This document shows, piece by piece, positions 21,927 through 33,485 of a stretch of DNA of 64,000 nucleotides; positions within the stretch are counted from its first letter, which is position 1; each line of letters opens with the position of its first letter. The DNA is taken from the NCBI GenBank assembly GCA_963710605.1, contig CAVQBA010000006.1, forward strand, positions 672,001 to 736,000, in the 5' to 3' direction. Origin of the DNA: an uncultured cyanobacterium (GTDB lineage Bacteria; Cyanobacteriota; Cyanobacteriia; Cyanobacteriales; Cyanobacteriaceae). The position numbers were made by a program, and so were the translations under genes. The notes under the pieces are model-generated. The model saw only the letters and a list, made by a program, of their open reading frames with translations, did not search any database and had not been told where the DNA came from.

Positions 21927-23096
21927 ATGAAATTAATTTCTATATTAGGTTCTACAGGTTCGATCGGTACTCAGACTTTAGATATTGTGAGAGAAAATCC
22001 CCAAGGGTTTAAAGTAGTTGGATTAGCCGCAGGAAATAATATTACTTTACTTGCAGGGCAAATAAAAGAATTTAAACCTGAAATTGTTGCTATTTGCGAT
22101 CGTAATAAGTTACCTCAATTAAAAGAAGCTATTAGTGATGTCAATCCGCAACCGATTCTCCTCGCTGAAAACGAAGGTATTTGTGAAGTTGCTCGTTATG
22201 GAAATGCCCAAAGCGTGGTAACGGGAATTGTCGGTTGTGCGGGGCTATTACCAACCATTGCGGCGATAAAAGCGGGTAAAGATATTGCTTTGGCTAATAA
22301 AGAAACATTGATTGCCGGTGGTCCTGTTGTGTTACCTTTAGTAGAAGAATATGGTGTCAAACTTTTACCCGCCGATTCGGAACACTCGGCTATTTTTCAG
22401 TGTTTACAAGGTGTACCGCCTGAAGGTTTGCGTCGCATTATTTTAACTGCTTCTGGTGGCTCATTCCGTGATTTACCTGTTGAGAAACTGGCTGATGTTA
22501 CTGTTGCTGATGCTTTAAAACATCCGAATTGGTCGATGGGGCAGAAAATAACGATCGATTCTGCTACTTTAATGAATAAGGGTTTAGAAGTTATCGAAGC
22601 TCATTATCTCTTTGGTATGGATTACGATAACATTGATATTGTTATTCATCCCCAAAGTATCATCCATTCTTTAATCGAATTACAAGATACATCAGTTTTG
22701 GCTCAATTAGGTTGGGCGGATATGCGTTTACCTTTACTTTATGCTTTATCTTACCCTGAGCGTTTATCAACTAATTGGGAAACTTTAGATTTAGTCAAAG
22801 CTGGGGATTTAACTTTCCGTGAGCCTGATCATGATAAATATCCTTGTATGCAATTAGCTTACTCAGCAGGAAAAGCAGGTGGTTGTATGCCTGCGGTATT
22901 GAATGCGGCGAATGAACAAGCTGTGGCTTTATTTTTAGCTGAAAAAATTACTTTTCTCGATATTCCTCGTGTAATTGAGTCAGTATGCGATCGTTTTGGC
23001 TCACAAAATAATAGTCAACCTAATTTAGATGATATTATAGAGTCAGATAAATGGGCAAGACAAGCTGTATTAGAGCAATTTTCAACTTTAGTTTAA
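21927..23096 (+). CDS. dxr: 1-deoxy-D-xylulose-5-phosphate reductoisomerase
   Basis: [33 protein letters not shown]. Confidence 0.98.
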   Translation: MKLISILGSTGSIGTQTLDIVRENPQGFKVVGLAAGNNITLLAGQIKEFKPEIVAICDRNKLPQLKEAISDVNPQPILLAENEGICEVARYGNAQSVVTGIVGCAGLLPTIAAIKAGKDIALANKETLIAGGPVVLPLVEEYGVKLLPADSEHSAIFQCLQGVPPEGLRRIILTASGGSFRDLPVEKLADVTVADALKHPNWSMGQKITIDSATLMNKGLEVIEAHYLFGMDYDNIDIVIHPQSIIHSLIELQDTSVLAQLGWADMRLPLLYALSYPERLSTNWETLDLVKAGDLTFREPDHDKYPCMQLAYSAGKAGGCMPAVLNAANEQAVALFLAEKITFLDIPRVIESVCDRFGSQNNSQPNLDDIIESDKWARQAVLEQFSTLV

Positions 23097-23251
23097 ACTC
23101 TCGATCGTCTATTTATCAATGAATAATGATGTGATAAACTCTAAGCTACAAGAATCATATAATTAGTGAAAATTGGTAATGATTGTTCTTATATATATCA
23201 ATAACATTTTAATTATTCATTATTCATTATTCATTATTAATTAACTACAGA

Positions 23252-24142
23252 ATGAATTGGGATTTTTCACCACACATATTAATACAAGGCATCAATCAAC
23301 CTGAAGCCATCAGTTATTTACAAAAATCTGAATTACCCAAAAAAAGTGTAATTGCGGGTGTAGCGGATGAATATATTGGCGACTCGATCGAAGATATACC
23401 GATTTTTGATTTAGTTACATCTGTAGTTGAGCAAAAAAATAAGGTGGTTACGAGTTTAGTGTTTAGTCATCCCCATCATGTTTTAGATTCTTGTTACGAA
23501 GCTATTAATGCGGGTATCAAACAGATAGTGATTAATTCAGGTAAGGTTTCTCCTTTAGATTTAATCAAACTTTATCAAATTGCTCACAACAATCAAGTTT
23601 TGATACTCGGCCCTTCTGGAGGAGGAATTTTAAAACCGGGGCAATATAATTGTGGCGTTAAAAATAGGCATATTTTTAGTAAGGGTAATGTGGGTATCAT
23701 TAATTTTGCTCATCAGACAATCCCTTCTGAAATAGCTTTATCTTTAAAAGAAGATGATTTGGCGATTTCTATTTTAATTAATTTAGGTAATGATTATTTT
23801 ACGAAAACTAATTGGGATGTATGGCTGAAGTTTTTAAATAAGAATAGACAGACAAGATCGATCGTGGTTATTATTAGTCAAATCACTCCTTTAGAAGCTG
23901 AACAGTTAATTTTAGCTTTAAATCAAGTTGCCAAGAAGAAAGTTGTTATTTATTTATTAGACACTGACAATTGGCATGACAAAATTAATCACCGTCAAGC
24001 AGAGGTAATTTCTGATCAAATCCATACTCATTTATACCCAATTTCAGCGATAAAATTAATTAAAGAATGTGATTTTCCAGAGAATATTATCATTAGCGAA
24101 AATTATGCGCAAATTGGTGAAATACTAACTAAAGATAATTAA
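23252..24142 (+). CDS. divergent succinyl-CoA synthetase alpha-like CoA-binding protein
   Basis: ILIQGI, IPIFDLV, EAINAGIKQIVI, ILGPSGGGIL; no GHAG phospho-His motif seen. Confidence 0.7.
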   Translation: MNWDFSPHILIQGINQPEAISYLQKSELPKKSVIAGVADEYIGDSIEDIPIFDLVTSVVEQKNKVVTSLVFSHPHHVLDSCYEAINAGIKQIVINSGKVSPLDLIKLYQIAHNNQVLILGPSGGGILKPGQYNCGVKNRHIFSKGNVGIINFAHQTIPSEIALSLKEDDLAISILINLGNDYFTKTNWDVWLKFLNKNRQTRSIVVIISQITPLEAEQLILALNQVAKKKVVIYLLDTDNWHDKINHRQAEVISDQIHTHLYPISAIKLIKECDFPENIIISENYAQIGEILTKDN

Positions 24143-24218
24143 AACTGTATTGTAGTAAAGACTTTGGTCTTTATCTATTTTTTTACCAATTTTGATTCGT
24201 GGTTGATTAAAATCAAAA

Positions 24219-24249
24219 TATCCCATTCATCGATAAGACAAATGGGATA
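24219..24249. terminator. hairpin between convergent sucD-like gene and ctaE
   Basis: TATCCCATT...AATGGGATA inverted repeat. Confidence 0.55.
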
Positions 24250-24280
24250 CTATTAAATATTGAGTTTTTAGGTTGATTAT

Positions 24281-24916
24281 CTAAGATAAAGGTAATAGAT
24301 AAACTAAACCAAAAAGAATAATCCAAACTACATCGACAAAGTGCCAATAAAGTTCAGCCGCTTCTACACCAAAGTGACTATCAGCTGAATAATGACCTTC
24401 AGTGCGCGATCGCCACAAAACAGCTAAGATGAATAATAATCCAGCGGTAACGTGTAAACCGTGAAAACCAGTCAAGACGTAAAAACAACTAGCAAATAAG
24501 CTATCAGTTAAACCAAAACTTGTATGGGCATATTCAAATAACTGACCACCTAAAAAGATAATTCCCATTAAAGCTGTGATGCCAAACCATAACTGCAAAC
24601 CTTTGACATCGTTGTTTTTGATCGCACTTTGTCCTTTGTGCATCACAAAACTACTAGCAATCAGAATAACCGAGTTGACACCGGGTAATAATAATTCTAA
24701 CTCGATGCCTCCTGTTGGCCATTCAGGGCTAGTAGCATAATAAATCAGATAAGCACTAAAAAGACCAAAAAAGATCATACTTTCAGCGATTAAAAATAAA
24801 ACTAAACCAAACATCCGTAAATCAGGATGTTCACCATGTCCTTCATGTGCATGAGCAGAATTAGTAGTTTCGTAATCTACCGTAACTTGAGAATCGATCG
24901 AAGTTGTACCTTGCAT
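24281..24916 (-). CDS. ctaE: cytochrome c oxidase subunit III
   Basis: FYVLTGFHGLHV, YWHFVDVVW. Confidence 0.95.
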   Translation of the reverse strand: MQGTTSIDSQVTVDYETTNSAHAHEGHGEHPDLRMFGLVLFLIAESMIFFGLFSAYLIYYATSPEWPTGGIELELLLPGVNSVILIASSFVMHKGQSAIKNNDVKGLQLWFGITALMGIIFLGGQLFEYAHTSFGLTDSLFASCFYVLTGFHGLHVTAGLLFILAVLWRSRTEGHYSADSHFGVEAAELYWHFVDVVWIILFGLVYLLPLS

Positions 24917-25082
24917 AATTAATTTCGAGAGTGAATAGTAAAATAAATAGTTATCTTGTAATTAACCTTAATGCTATAAACTAATGCTAACTAAAATTTA
25001 AGAGTGAATAATTAAACTAGTAAAAGTTAATAGCAATAACTAAAAAACTACTAACTATTAACTTTTAACTGTTAACTGTTAA

Positions 25083-26741
25083 CTATTTTGCACTTGCTTC
25101 AGATAACATATCGGTAACACTTTCTTCTTCAGAATCCGATTCGCTATCAATACCGTAATCATATGGGCCACTCCATAAAACAGGCTCTTCTTCAAAGTTT
25201 TCAATAATTGGCGGAGAAGCAGTTTGCCATTCAAGAGTTAAAGCACGCCAAGGATTACGAGCGGCTTGTTCACCTTTCCATAAACTCCAAACAACGTTGA
25301 TAAGAAAAGGAATAGTCGAAACAGCCATGGTATAAGCACCCGCAGTAGCTAGTACATTCAACGGTTGAAATTGTACATCATATAACGCAATACGACGATT
25401 CATACCCATTAATCCTAATTGGTGCATCGGCATGAAAGTTAGATTCAAACCAATGAAAGTCAGAATAAAATGTAAACGCCCTAAACCATCGTGAAACATT
25501 TTGCCTGTAATTTTAGGAAACCAATGATAAACACCAGAGAATAAGGCTAAGGCTGAACCACCAAATAAGACGTAATGGAAGTGTCCGACGACAAAATAAG
25601 TATCATGTACATGAATGTCAAATGGTACAGATGCCACCATTACCCCAGTCAAACCACCGATGAGGAATGAAGAGATAAAACCGAGGGCAAATAACATGGG
25701 GGTGTTTAGTTCAATTTTACCATTCCATAAAGTAGCACACCAGCTAAAGACTTTAATTCCTGTTGGTACAGCAATAATCATGGTTGTTGCCATAAAGAAC
25801 ATTCTCAACCAACCAGGTGTACCACTAGTAAACATATGGTGAGCCCAAACAATCAAACCGAGGAAACTAATGGCTAAACTAGAATAAGCGATCGCACGAT
25901 AACCAAAAATAGGTTTACGAGCATGAACAGGAATCACTTCAGAAATTACCCCAAAGAAAGGCAAAATCATAATATAAACCGCAGGGTGAGAATAGAACCA
26001 GAATAAGTGCTGATATACTACTGGGTCTCCTCCTCCTGTAGGATTAAAGAAACTCGTACCTGCCATCAAATCAAAGGAAAGTAAAATTAAAGCACCAGCT
26101 AAGACAGGAGTAGAAAGTAATGCCAAAGCAGATGTAGCCAACATTGACCAACAAAATAAAGGCATACTATACAAATCCATATCCTTGATTCGCATTTTAA
26201 GGATAGTGGTGGCAAAATTAATTCCGCCTAAAATTGAGGATGTACCTAATAATAAAAGACTAAGTATCCAAAATTCTTCTCCCCATTTACCCGTCATCAA
26301 ACTAAGAGGAGGATAAGATGTCCAACCAGATTGAGGTGCACCGACGAAGAAACTTCCGAGTAATAAAATCCCACCAGGAGGAATTAACCAAAAAGCTACT
26401 GCATTCAAGCGAGGAAAAGCCATATCCTCAGCACCAATCATCAAAGGAATGAGATAATTAGCAAAAGCCGCTCCCGCAGGTACAATCCATAAGAAAATCA
26501 TGATTGTACCGTGAAGGGTAAACATTTGGTTATAAACTTCAGGGGTAACAAAATCAGGGTCAGGTGTGGCTAATTCTGTACGTACGACTTCGGCAAACGC
26601 ACCACCGACGAAGTAAAAGAAAAATGAAGTTACTAAATACTGAATACCAATCACTTTATGATCTGTATTAAAAGTGAAGTATTCCCATAGTTTTCTTTTT
26701 CGATGGACGGGATTATTTTCTACTGTTACTGTTGTATTCAT
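25083..26741 (-). CDS. ctaD: cytochrome c oxidase subunit I
   Basis: WFYSHPAVY, WAHHMF, HDTYFVVGHFH. Confidence 0.98.
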   Translation of the reverse strand: MNTTVTVENNPVHRKRKLWEYFTFNTDHKVIGIQYLVTSFFFYFVGGAFAEVVRTELATPDPDFVTPEVYNQMFTLHGTIMIFLWIVPAGAAFANYLIPLMIGAEDMAFPRLNAVAFWLIPPGGILLLGSFFVGAPQSGWTSYPPLSLMTGKWGEEFWILSLLLLGTSSILGGINFATTILKMRIKDMDLYSMPLFCWSMLATSALALLSTPVLAGALILLSFDLMAGTSFFNPTGGGDPVVYQHLFWFYSHPAVYIMILPFFGVISEVIPVHARKPIFGYRAIAYSSLAISFLGLIVWAHHMFTSGTPGWLRMFFMATTMIIAVPTGIKVFSWCATLWNGKIELNTPMLFALGFISSFLIGGLTGVMVASVPFDIHVHDTYFVVGHFHYVLFGGSALALFSGVYHWFPKITGKMFHDGLGRLHFILTFIGLNLTFMPMHQLGLMGMNRRIALYDVQFQPLNVLATAGAYTMAVSTIPFLINVVWSLWKGEQAARNPWRALTLEWQTASPPIIENFEEEPVLWSGPYDYGIDSESDSEEESVTDMLSEASAK

Positions 26742-26776
26742 ACAATCTTCAAAAAAGTTAAAATTTTTGTATTGAT

Positions 26777-26799
26777 GAGCCTGAATGATTATCAGGCTC
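26777..26799. other. intercistronic hairpin between ctaC and ctaD
   Basis: GAGCCTGA...TCAGGCTC. Confidence 0.5.
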
Positions 26800-26815
26800 T
26801 AGTTTTTAGTGGTAA

Positions 26816-27799
26816 TTAATTGTCAATAGTGTCAGTAGGATGCAACTGAGCTAACATTTCTGGAGTTACACCTAAATGATGAGCGTGCATTTCCATATTT
26901 GATTCAGGATTAGTTTGGGCTGAGAGTAAAGCCACTGTTTGTGATGAATCTGTTTCTGGTGCTTGAGCTACGATCGTATTTTCTTCTATCCATTGTTGGT
27001 AATCTTCTTCGCTTTGTACGTATAAGAAGGTTTTCATCCCACCATGATAGGGGCCACATAACTCCGCACAGATGATTGGATATTCACCAATTCTATTGGA
27101 ATTGAATGCTAATTCGGAATCTCTACCCGGTAATACGTCTTGCTTTAGTCTTAATTGAGGTACCCAAAAAGCGTGAATGACATCACCTGCTTTCATGTTT
27201 AGTTTGACTTGTTTATTCACTGGTACGTGTAATTCACCAGAAACAATACCTGAATCTGGATAAGTAAATAACCAAGCGTATTGAATACCATTTACTTCCA
27301 CTTGCATATCAGAAACTCCTGATGAGCCTATTCCTAAAGCCATATGCCCTTGATGAGGATTGAAAGCAACTAATTTACCTGAGTCGCTATTCGCATCAGC
27401 TATTTGCATTTGCTCTTGAGGAAAGTCACGAGAAGAATCTGGATCTAATCCACCGAGGTTATTGTAAACTTCAAAACTGTATAGAGAAAGAATGAGTACT
27501 ATAACTGTGGGAATTGCTGTCCAGACAATTTCTAAAGGAACATTTCCTTCTGTTGGGGGACCATCTGTCTGATCGCCTTTTTTGCGTCTAAATTTAAAAA
27601 TAGAGTACACTAAGACTCCTTCGACGATTAAAAATAGACCTGTTGCGATCGTCATCATCAAGTCAAATAACTCATCGACCTCCACTGCATTTTGTGATGC
27701 TTCGATGGGCATTAAACCATGATTTTGTCCATACCACAGACTGATCAAGGTGAGGAGGATACCTGCTATCAGTGTGATAATATTGCCAGGGATATTCAC
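26816..27799 (-). CDS. ctaC: cytochrome c oxidase subunit II
   Basis: DVIHAFWVP, CAELCGPYHGGM CuA motif. Confidence 0.97.
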   Translation of the reverse strand: MNIPGNIITLIAGILLTLISLWYGQNHGLMPIEASQNAVEVDELFDLMMTIATGLFLIVEGVLVYSIFKFRRKKGDQTDGPPTEGNVPLEIVWTAIPTVIVLILSLYSFEVYNNLGGLDPDSSRDFPQEQMQIADANSDSGKLVAFNPHQGHMALGIGSSGVSDMQVEVNGIQYAWLFTYPDSGIVSGELHVPVNKQVKLNMKAGDVIHAFWVPQLRLKQDVLPGRDSELAFNSNRIGEYPIICAELCGPYHGGMKTFLYVQSEEDYQQWIEENTIVAQAPETDSSQTVALLSAQTNPESNMEMHAHHLGVTPEMLAQLHPTDTIDN

Positions 27800-27979
27800 T
27801 ATTATTAAATTTACCTTAATGTTGTATTTTTATGATCTCTATCTTTCAGGATAATTCAATTTATCGGAATTTTGAAGATAATTACAGGTATGATCACATT
27901 TCTTTAGCTTTTTTTCATACTATCTTTACTAAGGATGAAGGATGAAGAAGTAATAATTAATAATTAGTTTTTAGCTTCT

Positions 27980-28021
27980 AACTCTTAACTCTTAACTCTT
28001 AACTCTTAACTCTTAACTCTT
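27980..28021. repeat. heptamer STRR (AACTCTT)n
   Basis: about 6 tandem copies after the aroH stop. Confidence 0.9.
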
Positions 28022-28024
28022 GAC

Positions 28025-28420
28025 TTAAAAGATTTTAGTCAGATGCCAATCGGGGCGTAAATTCCCGGCTTTTCTTAGGTAAGGATGACATATTTGGGCT
28101 TGAGGTTTGTCAGTATTCCAATAAATCAAAACTCGAATACATTTTTCTAAACTACCTTTAACTTGCATTTGTTGTAAGTCTAACAAAGGTACGTCTTCCC
28201 ATTGAGGGTTTTCACGAGCGATCGCAGCAGGAAAAATAGCGTCTAAATCTGGGGTGGCGGTAAAAATCACACTTACAATATTGTCGTAATCTAACTGGTT
28301 GCGATTTTCGATTTCTTGTAATAGTTCTGTAATGGCTTCTCGCATGGCTTCTACCGTATTAGCTCGTGCGGTAGTAGCACCTCTGACAGCTCTTACTTTA
28401 GTCATTAACGGTTCACTCAT
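28025..28420 (-). CDS. aroH: AroH-type chorismate mutase
   Basis: VRAVRGATT, DLDAIFPA, CIRVLI, LRPD. Confidence 0.95.
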   Translation of the reverse strand: MSEPLMTKVRAVRGATTARANTVEAMREAITELLQEIENRNQLDYDNIVSVIFTATPDLDAIFPAAIARENPQWEDVPLLDLQQMQVKGSLEKCIRVLIYWNTDKPQAQICHPYLRKAGNLRPDWHLTKIF

Positions 28421-28453
28421 TACTTGTTCGATATTTTACCAATTTTTCATGAT

Positions 28454-29273
28454 TTAAGGACGATATAACCATAAAGGTTGACCATTGGTAGCCAATTCAA
28501 ATTCTAACCAATTTGTAGCCGTCACTATTTTTGATTTTGTTTGACTACGGTTGAGAAAACGATCGACTAAAGTTTTTGGTTCTTCAATAGTATGACATTC
28601 TGTTTTATCTGGGTCAAGTCCTACTAATTCACAAGCCCAAATCCGAGCATCTTCTTGAGTGCCAGTTCGAATCGACTAAACCTAATTTTACAGCTTGTTC
28701 GCCTGAAAAAATACGCCCATCCGCAAAACTTTTGACTGTTTCTGTTGTTAAGTTACGATTCTCGGCTATTATTTGCACGAATTGCTCATAAGTACTATCA
28801 ATCAATTGTTGTAAAATTTCTTTTTCTTCTGGACTCAAATCTCGATCGAAAGATAAAATATCTTTATAAGGTCCTGATTTGATTGTTTGAAAAGAAACAC
28901 CTACTTTATCTAATAGTTTTTCTAAGTTATTCCCACGAATAATTACCCCGATACTACCTGTAATAGTTCCGGGATTAGAAACAATATGATTTGCTCCTGC
29001 ACTAATATATACTCCTCCCGATGCGGAAATATTACCAAAAGAAGCGACTATTTTTACTTTTTTTTGTAGTCTTTTAAGTGCTGAATATATTTCATGAGAA
29101 TCAGCAACTGTACCACCGGGAGAGTCTATTCTTAAGAGTAAAGCGGGATATTTTTTTTCTTCGACTTCTTCTAAGGCACTTAAAACTGTTTCTCTAGTAC
29201 CAGAGGCGATCGCACCATTGATTTCAATACAAGCTATTTGTTTGCGGGTAGAGGGTTTAAAAGGCCAAATCAT
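28454..29273 (-). CDS. sppA: signal peptide peptidase SppA (36K type), apparent +1 frameshift near 28670
   Basis: RIDSPGG, SASGGVY, GSIGVI; second frame continues GTQEDARIWACELVGLDP...NGQPLWLYRP*. Confidence 0.9.
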
Positions 29274-29622
29274 TATTTATTTATCTTGTGCAATACTGCT
29301 AAGGTTAGAGTTTTTAGTCCAATTTATTATCATAACAGCATAGTATAACAATTGATAATTGTTCAGTAAGAGAATTGAGAATGAATAACTAATAATTAAT
29401 CGTCGAGCGATTTTTTCGCTTAGTTACTCAATGTTTTATGTACTCACAGAGTTATCATTCATAAGGTTGACCTCAAGTGTGTGGTTAAAAAACAGGTTTT
29501 TCAAGCACCTAAATTAAACTTAGGTAAAAAACCCTTTTGTTTCGCTTTACGAACACTTTTTATTGTACTGTTAACTCACGGGCTCTCCATTCTCAATTCT
29601 CCATTCTCAATTCTCCATTCTC

Positions 29623-30661
29623 CTAGTATCTAATTTGTTTGGCGGTTTCAAAGAAAGTTCTGACATTTTCTTCTGGTGTACCAACTAAAACACCATGTCC
29701 TAAATTAAGGATATGTCCTTGGTTTCCAGCTTGTTTAACCGTATCATGAACTCTTTGCTTGATAAAGTCATGAGAACCAAATAATACGCCAGGATCGATA
29801 TTACCTTGAACTTTCATCTCTTTACCTAGTCTTTGTCTTGCTTGAGCCATATCAACAGTCCAATCAACACTAACAATATCAACTCCTGTACGTCCCATTC
29901 TTTCTAATACTCCTGCACTGCCACTGATATAAAGAATTAAGGGAGTATCAGGATGAGTCTGTTTAACTTGATCGATTACTCTTTTTTGATACGGTAAAGC
30001 AAAAGTATCATAATCTTGAGGAGTTAGTTGCCCAGCCCATGAATCAAATAACTGAATAATTTGTGCACCGCAATCAATTTGGTAACGAACATAGATAGCG
30101 ATCGAATCAGCAATTTTAGCTAATAATTTATGGAGAATATCAGGTTGAGAAAATGCCATATTTTTGATCACGGCATAATTTTTAGAACTTTTACCCTCGA
30201 TCGCGTAAGCGGCTAAAGTCCAAGGAGAACCAACGAAACCTAGCACAGTTGACTTGTTACCTACTTCTTGACGTAGAGTACCTAAAATCTTTTTAATAAA
30301 GGGTAAAGACTCTTCTGGGTCTAATGTGTGTAATGCTTCTATTTGTTCTAAGCTACGAATAGGAGGATCAATAATTGCAACCATTACTTTCGACAATATC
30401 AAAAGGAATACCCATACCGGGTAAAGGAGTTAGAATATCGGAAAACATAATCACACCATCAGGAGCGAAAGCATCCCACGGTTGTAACGATATTTCGATC
30501 GCTAAATCGGGATTTTCAGAACGTTCGCGAAAGCTAGGATGCTTATCCCTTAAATCACGATAAATTTTCATGTATCTACCCGCTTGACGCATCATCCAGA
30601 CAGGAGGACGATCGGCTGTTTGACCACGAGCAACTCTCAGTAAAAGAGGTAAATCTGACAT
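29623..30661 (-). CDS. hemE: uroporphyrinogen decarboxylase, apparent +1 frameshift near 30378
   Basis: [19 protein letters not shown]; second ORF has [11 protein letters not shown] and NLGHGVL. Confidence 0.95.
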
Positions 30662-30857
30662 TATAATATCTTTAATCTGATCAATTTTTTAGTGCATTTT
30701 TTAGCTTATCACTAGACTCATACACTACCAAAACAAATGTAACGATCTTTTATTATTTTACTGATGTTGAGTAAAAATGTTTTAGTAAAAAGTAGAAGTC
30801 AGAAGTAAGATGTATTAATTAACAACTAAAATATTCTTATCGATATTTGGCTGTTTA

Positions 30858-30889
30858 ACTCTTAACTCTTAACTCTTAACTCTTAACTC
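30858..30889. repeat. heptamer STRR (AACTCTT)n
   Basis: 4-5 tandem copies. Confidence 0.85.
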
Positions 30890-31250
30890 ACTGTTGTCTT
30901 TGGTTAGCGGTACATATTTATTATCCAGCCACTGAGAAAAACCAATTAAGAAACAATCAAAGAAACATTAACGTCAAAGTAACTAAACTAACAATTAGAA
31001 GAATATAAGTTTGAAAACAAATGTATTGATCAAGTCTGTTTAGGCATTAAGCGAAGATAATTGATTATTAATGATAAATCACCTGTTTTTTCCTGAATTA
31101 AATTTAGTAGATTTACCAGAAACTAGTCGTATTTTCTCTTTTTTGTTACATTATTTAGTAATATAAATAAAAGCCTAACTTATTTCTTAGCTTTTATTTA
31201 ACTTACTACTTCAAAACTACTCTTATACTTAAAATTAATTAAAATATTAA

Positions 31251-32276
31251 ATGTTTGGTCTTATCGGTCATTTAAGCAATTTAGAACAAGCTCAAATACA
31301 AACAGGGAAACTTGGTCATCCTGATTACGCAAAAGAAGGATTTGAATTTTGGTGTTCTGCACCTCCTATTCTAATAGATGAATTTCAGGTCACTAGTGCA
31401 ACAGGTAAAATTATAGAGGGGCGTTACATCGAATCTTGTTTTTTACCTGAAATGTTAGGTAAACGTAGAATCAAAACGGCTATTCGCAAAATATTAAATG
31501 CAATGGCTTTAGCCCAAAAAAATGGTCTTAATATAACGGCTTTAGGTGGCTTTTCTTCAATTATTTTTGAGGAGTTTAATCTTAAACAAAATAAACAAGT
31601 TCGTAATGTTAATTTAGAATTTGAAAGATTTACGACAGGTAATACTCACACTGCATATGTTATTTGCCGTCAAGTTGAACAAGGTTGTGCTAAAGTTGGT
31701 ATTGATTTAAGTAAAGCGACAGTAGCTGTTTGTGGGGCAACCGGTGATATCGGTAGTGCTGTTTGTCGTTGGTTAGATAAAAAAACTGATGTGGCTGATT
31801 TGCTTTTAATCGCTCGTAATCGTGAGCGTTTAGATAATTTACAATCAGATTTAGGTAGAGGTAAAATAATGAGCTTAGAAGAGGCTTTACCTCAAGCTGA
31901 CGTTATTGTTTGGGTTGCTAGTATGCCTAAAGGTGTTCATATTAACAACGATATAATCAAAAAGCCTTGTCTATTAATTGATGGCGGTTATCCTAAAAAT
32001 TTAGGTACTAAATTTGACCATCCTGAAATTAAGCTTTTAAATGGTGGTGTTGTTGAGCATTCTTTGGATATTGATTGGAAGATTATGGAAACTGTCGATA
32101 TGGATATTCCTAGCCGACAAATGTTTGCTTGTTTTGCTGAGGCTATGTTACTAGAATTTGAGCAATGGCATACTAATTTTTCTTGGGGCAGAAATCAGAT
32201 TACTGTCGAAAAAATGGAACAAATTGGTGGTGCTTCTGTTAAGCATGGTTTTCAACCTTTACTTACTTTTTCTTGA
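31251..32276 (+). CDS. aar: long-chain acyl-ACP reductase (alkane pathway)
   Basis: [56 protein letters not shown]. Confidence 0.95.
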   Translation: MFGLIGHLSNLEQAQIQTGKLGHPDYAKEGFEFWCSAPPILIDEFQVTSATGKIIEGRYIESCFLPEMLGKRRIKTAIRKILNAMALAQKNGLNITALGGFSSIIFEEFNLKQNKQVRNVNLEFERFTTGNTHTAYVICRQVEQGCAKVGIDLSKATVAVCGATGDIGSAVCRWLDKKTDVADLLLIARNRERLDNLQSDLGRGKIMSLEEALPQADVIVWVASMPKGVHINNDIIKKPCLLIDGGYPKNLGTKFDHPEIKLLNGGVVEHSLDIDWKIMETVDMDIPSRQMFACFAEAMLLEFEQWHTNFSWGRNQITVEKMEQIGGASVKHGFQPLLTFS

Positions 32277-32610
32277 TCATTATAAAAGCACCCGGTGTAA
32301 CGCTGATGTTATCGCTGAGTTTGAAGTTGTAAAAAGCTTCTATTTGGTAGGGAGTGGCTCGATCGCCAATATTGTTTGGACTCAGCAGACTTGCTCCCTT
32401 ACCTGCGGCTACCCGATGTATAGGTTGTCCTCCCAAAATACCAGCTAAGTTCCCTTCAATAAAGGCATCAGGGAAATAAAAACCAGCCATCCAACTAGTA
32501 AGATTGGTATAAGCTGAACCTCCTGTTTCATCTACCATGGTGTAAGCCCCATAAGTCGTAAAGGATATTTTAGGGTTAATACGCCAAGTTAAAGTAGCTC
32601 CCACAGAATT
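32275..32610 (-). pseudogene. fragment of a cyanobacterial OprB-like outer-membrane porin
   Basis: WMAGFYFPDAFIEGNLAGILGGQP...IEAFYNFKLSDNISVTPG; lacks the N-terminal SLH/barrel and the terminal strand. Confidence 0.75.
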
Positions 32611-33060
32611 ATAGTCTTAATTGTCAATAATTTTTACTTAAATAATTCCTTTTTAAATGTTATTTATTACTATTTATTGTTTCAAGCTTAAAATTGGGTA
32701 GATTAATTAATACTTACTAGGCTTTAATTTTACTGTGATTAGCTTTGCGTTATTTACTTTTATTAGTAAGTAGAATTATTTATTTAAATCATTATTTTGA
32801 CTAGAAATTCCTAATTTATTATTACTGTATAATTGTTTGAGAGCTTCATTTGGAGAATAATTTACTAGTGGCTCGTAATAATGAATAATGGCATTGTGAT
32901 TGCTTGTTTGTCTGTTATTATTTGATTCACAATTGGACAAAAACAATTTATTAAAAGAGTAGGAAATAAAAAAATAAAGAATTAGATTGAATCAATAGTA
33001 TCAATTTCCGTTAAAATAAATATTACTATTGACCAACAACTTTTTTGTAGTGATTTATCA

Positions 33061-33381
33061 ATGTCAGCTAATGTAAATATCCTCAAACCTAAAGGAATAT
33101 TAGATAATAATAATACAATTCCGCTACGTAATCAAATCAAAGAATTAATCCAGCAAGGAAATAATGTAATTGCGATCGATTTTAAAAATGTTACTTTTAT
33201 GGATAGTTCGGGATTAGGTATTTTAATTATTATTCGTCGAATGATAGTTGATGATGAAGGGCAATTGTTTTTAATGTCTTTGAATGAACAAGTAAAAATG
33301 TTATTGTTTGAGTTAACTAATACAGGTCAGTTTTTTGAAGTTGTTGCTGATGAAAACGAATTAAACGCTATTTTAGGTTGA
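33061..33381 (+). CDS. STAS-domain anti-sigma factor antagonist
   Basis: IDFKNVTFMDSSGLGIL. Confidence 0.92.
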   Translation: MSANVNILKPKGILDNNNTIPLRNQIKELIQQGNNVIAIDFKNVTFMDSSGLGILIIIRRMIVDDEGQLFLMSLNEQVKMLLFELTNTGQFFEVVADENELNAILG

Positions 33382-33485
33382 CGATTAATTCTCGCAAGAA
33401 AAAAATTAATCGTTGCTTTTCAAAAACAAAGTATTATAAATACCAATTCGGTAAAACTGACTGATCACGATCGTATTAGGGTTAT

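Noticed and set aside
30887-31048. Possible degenerate small membrane ORF on the minus strand (...IGFSQWLDNKYVPLTKD)
   Set aside because: It needs several stops or frameshifts to be repaired and matches no family I recognise.
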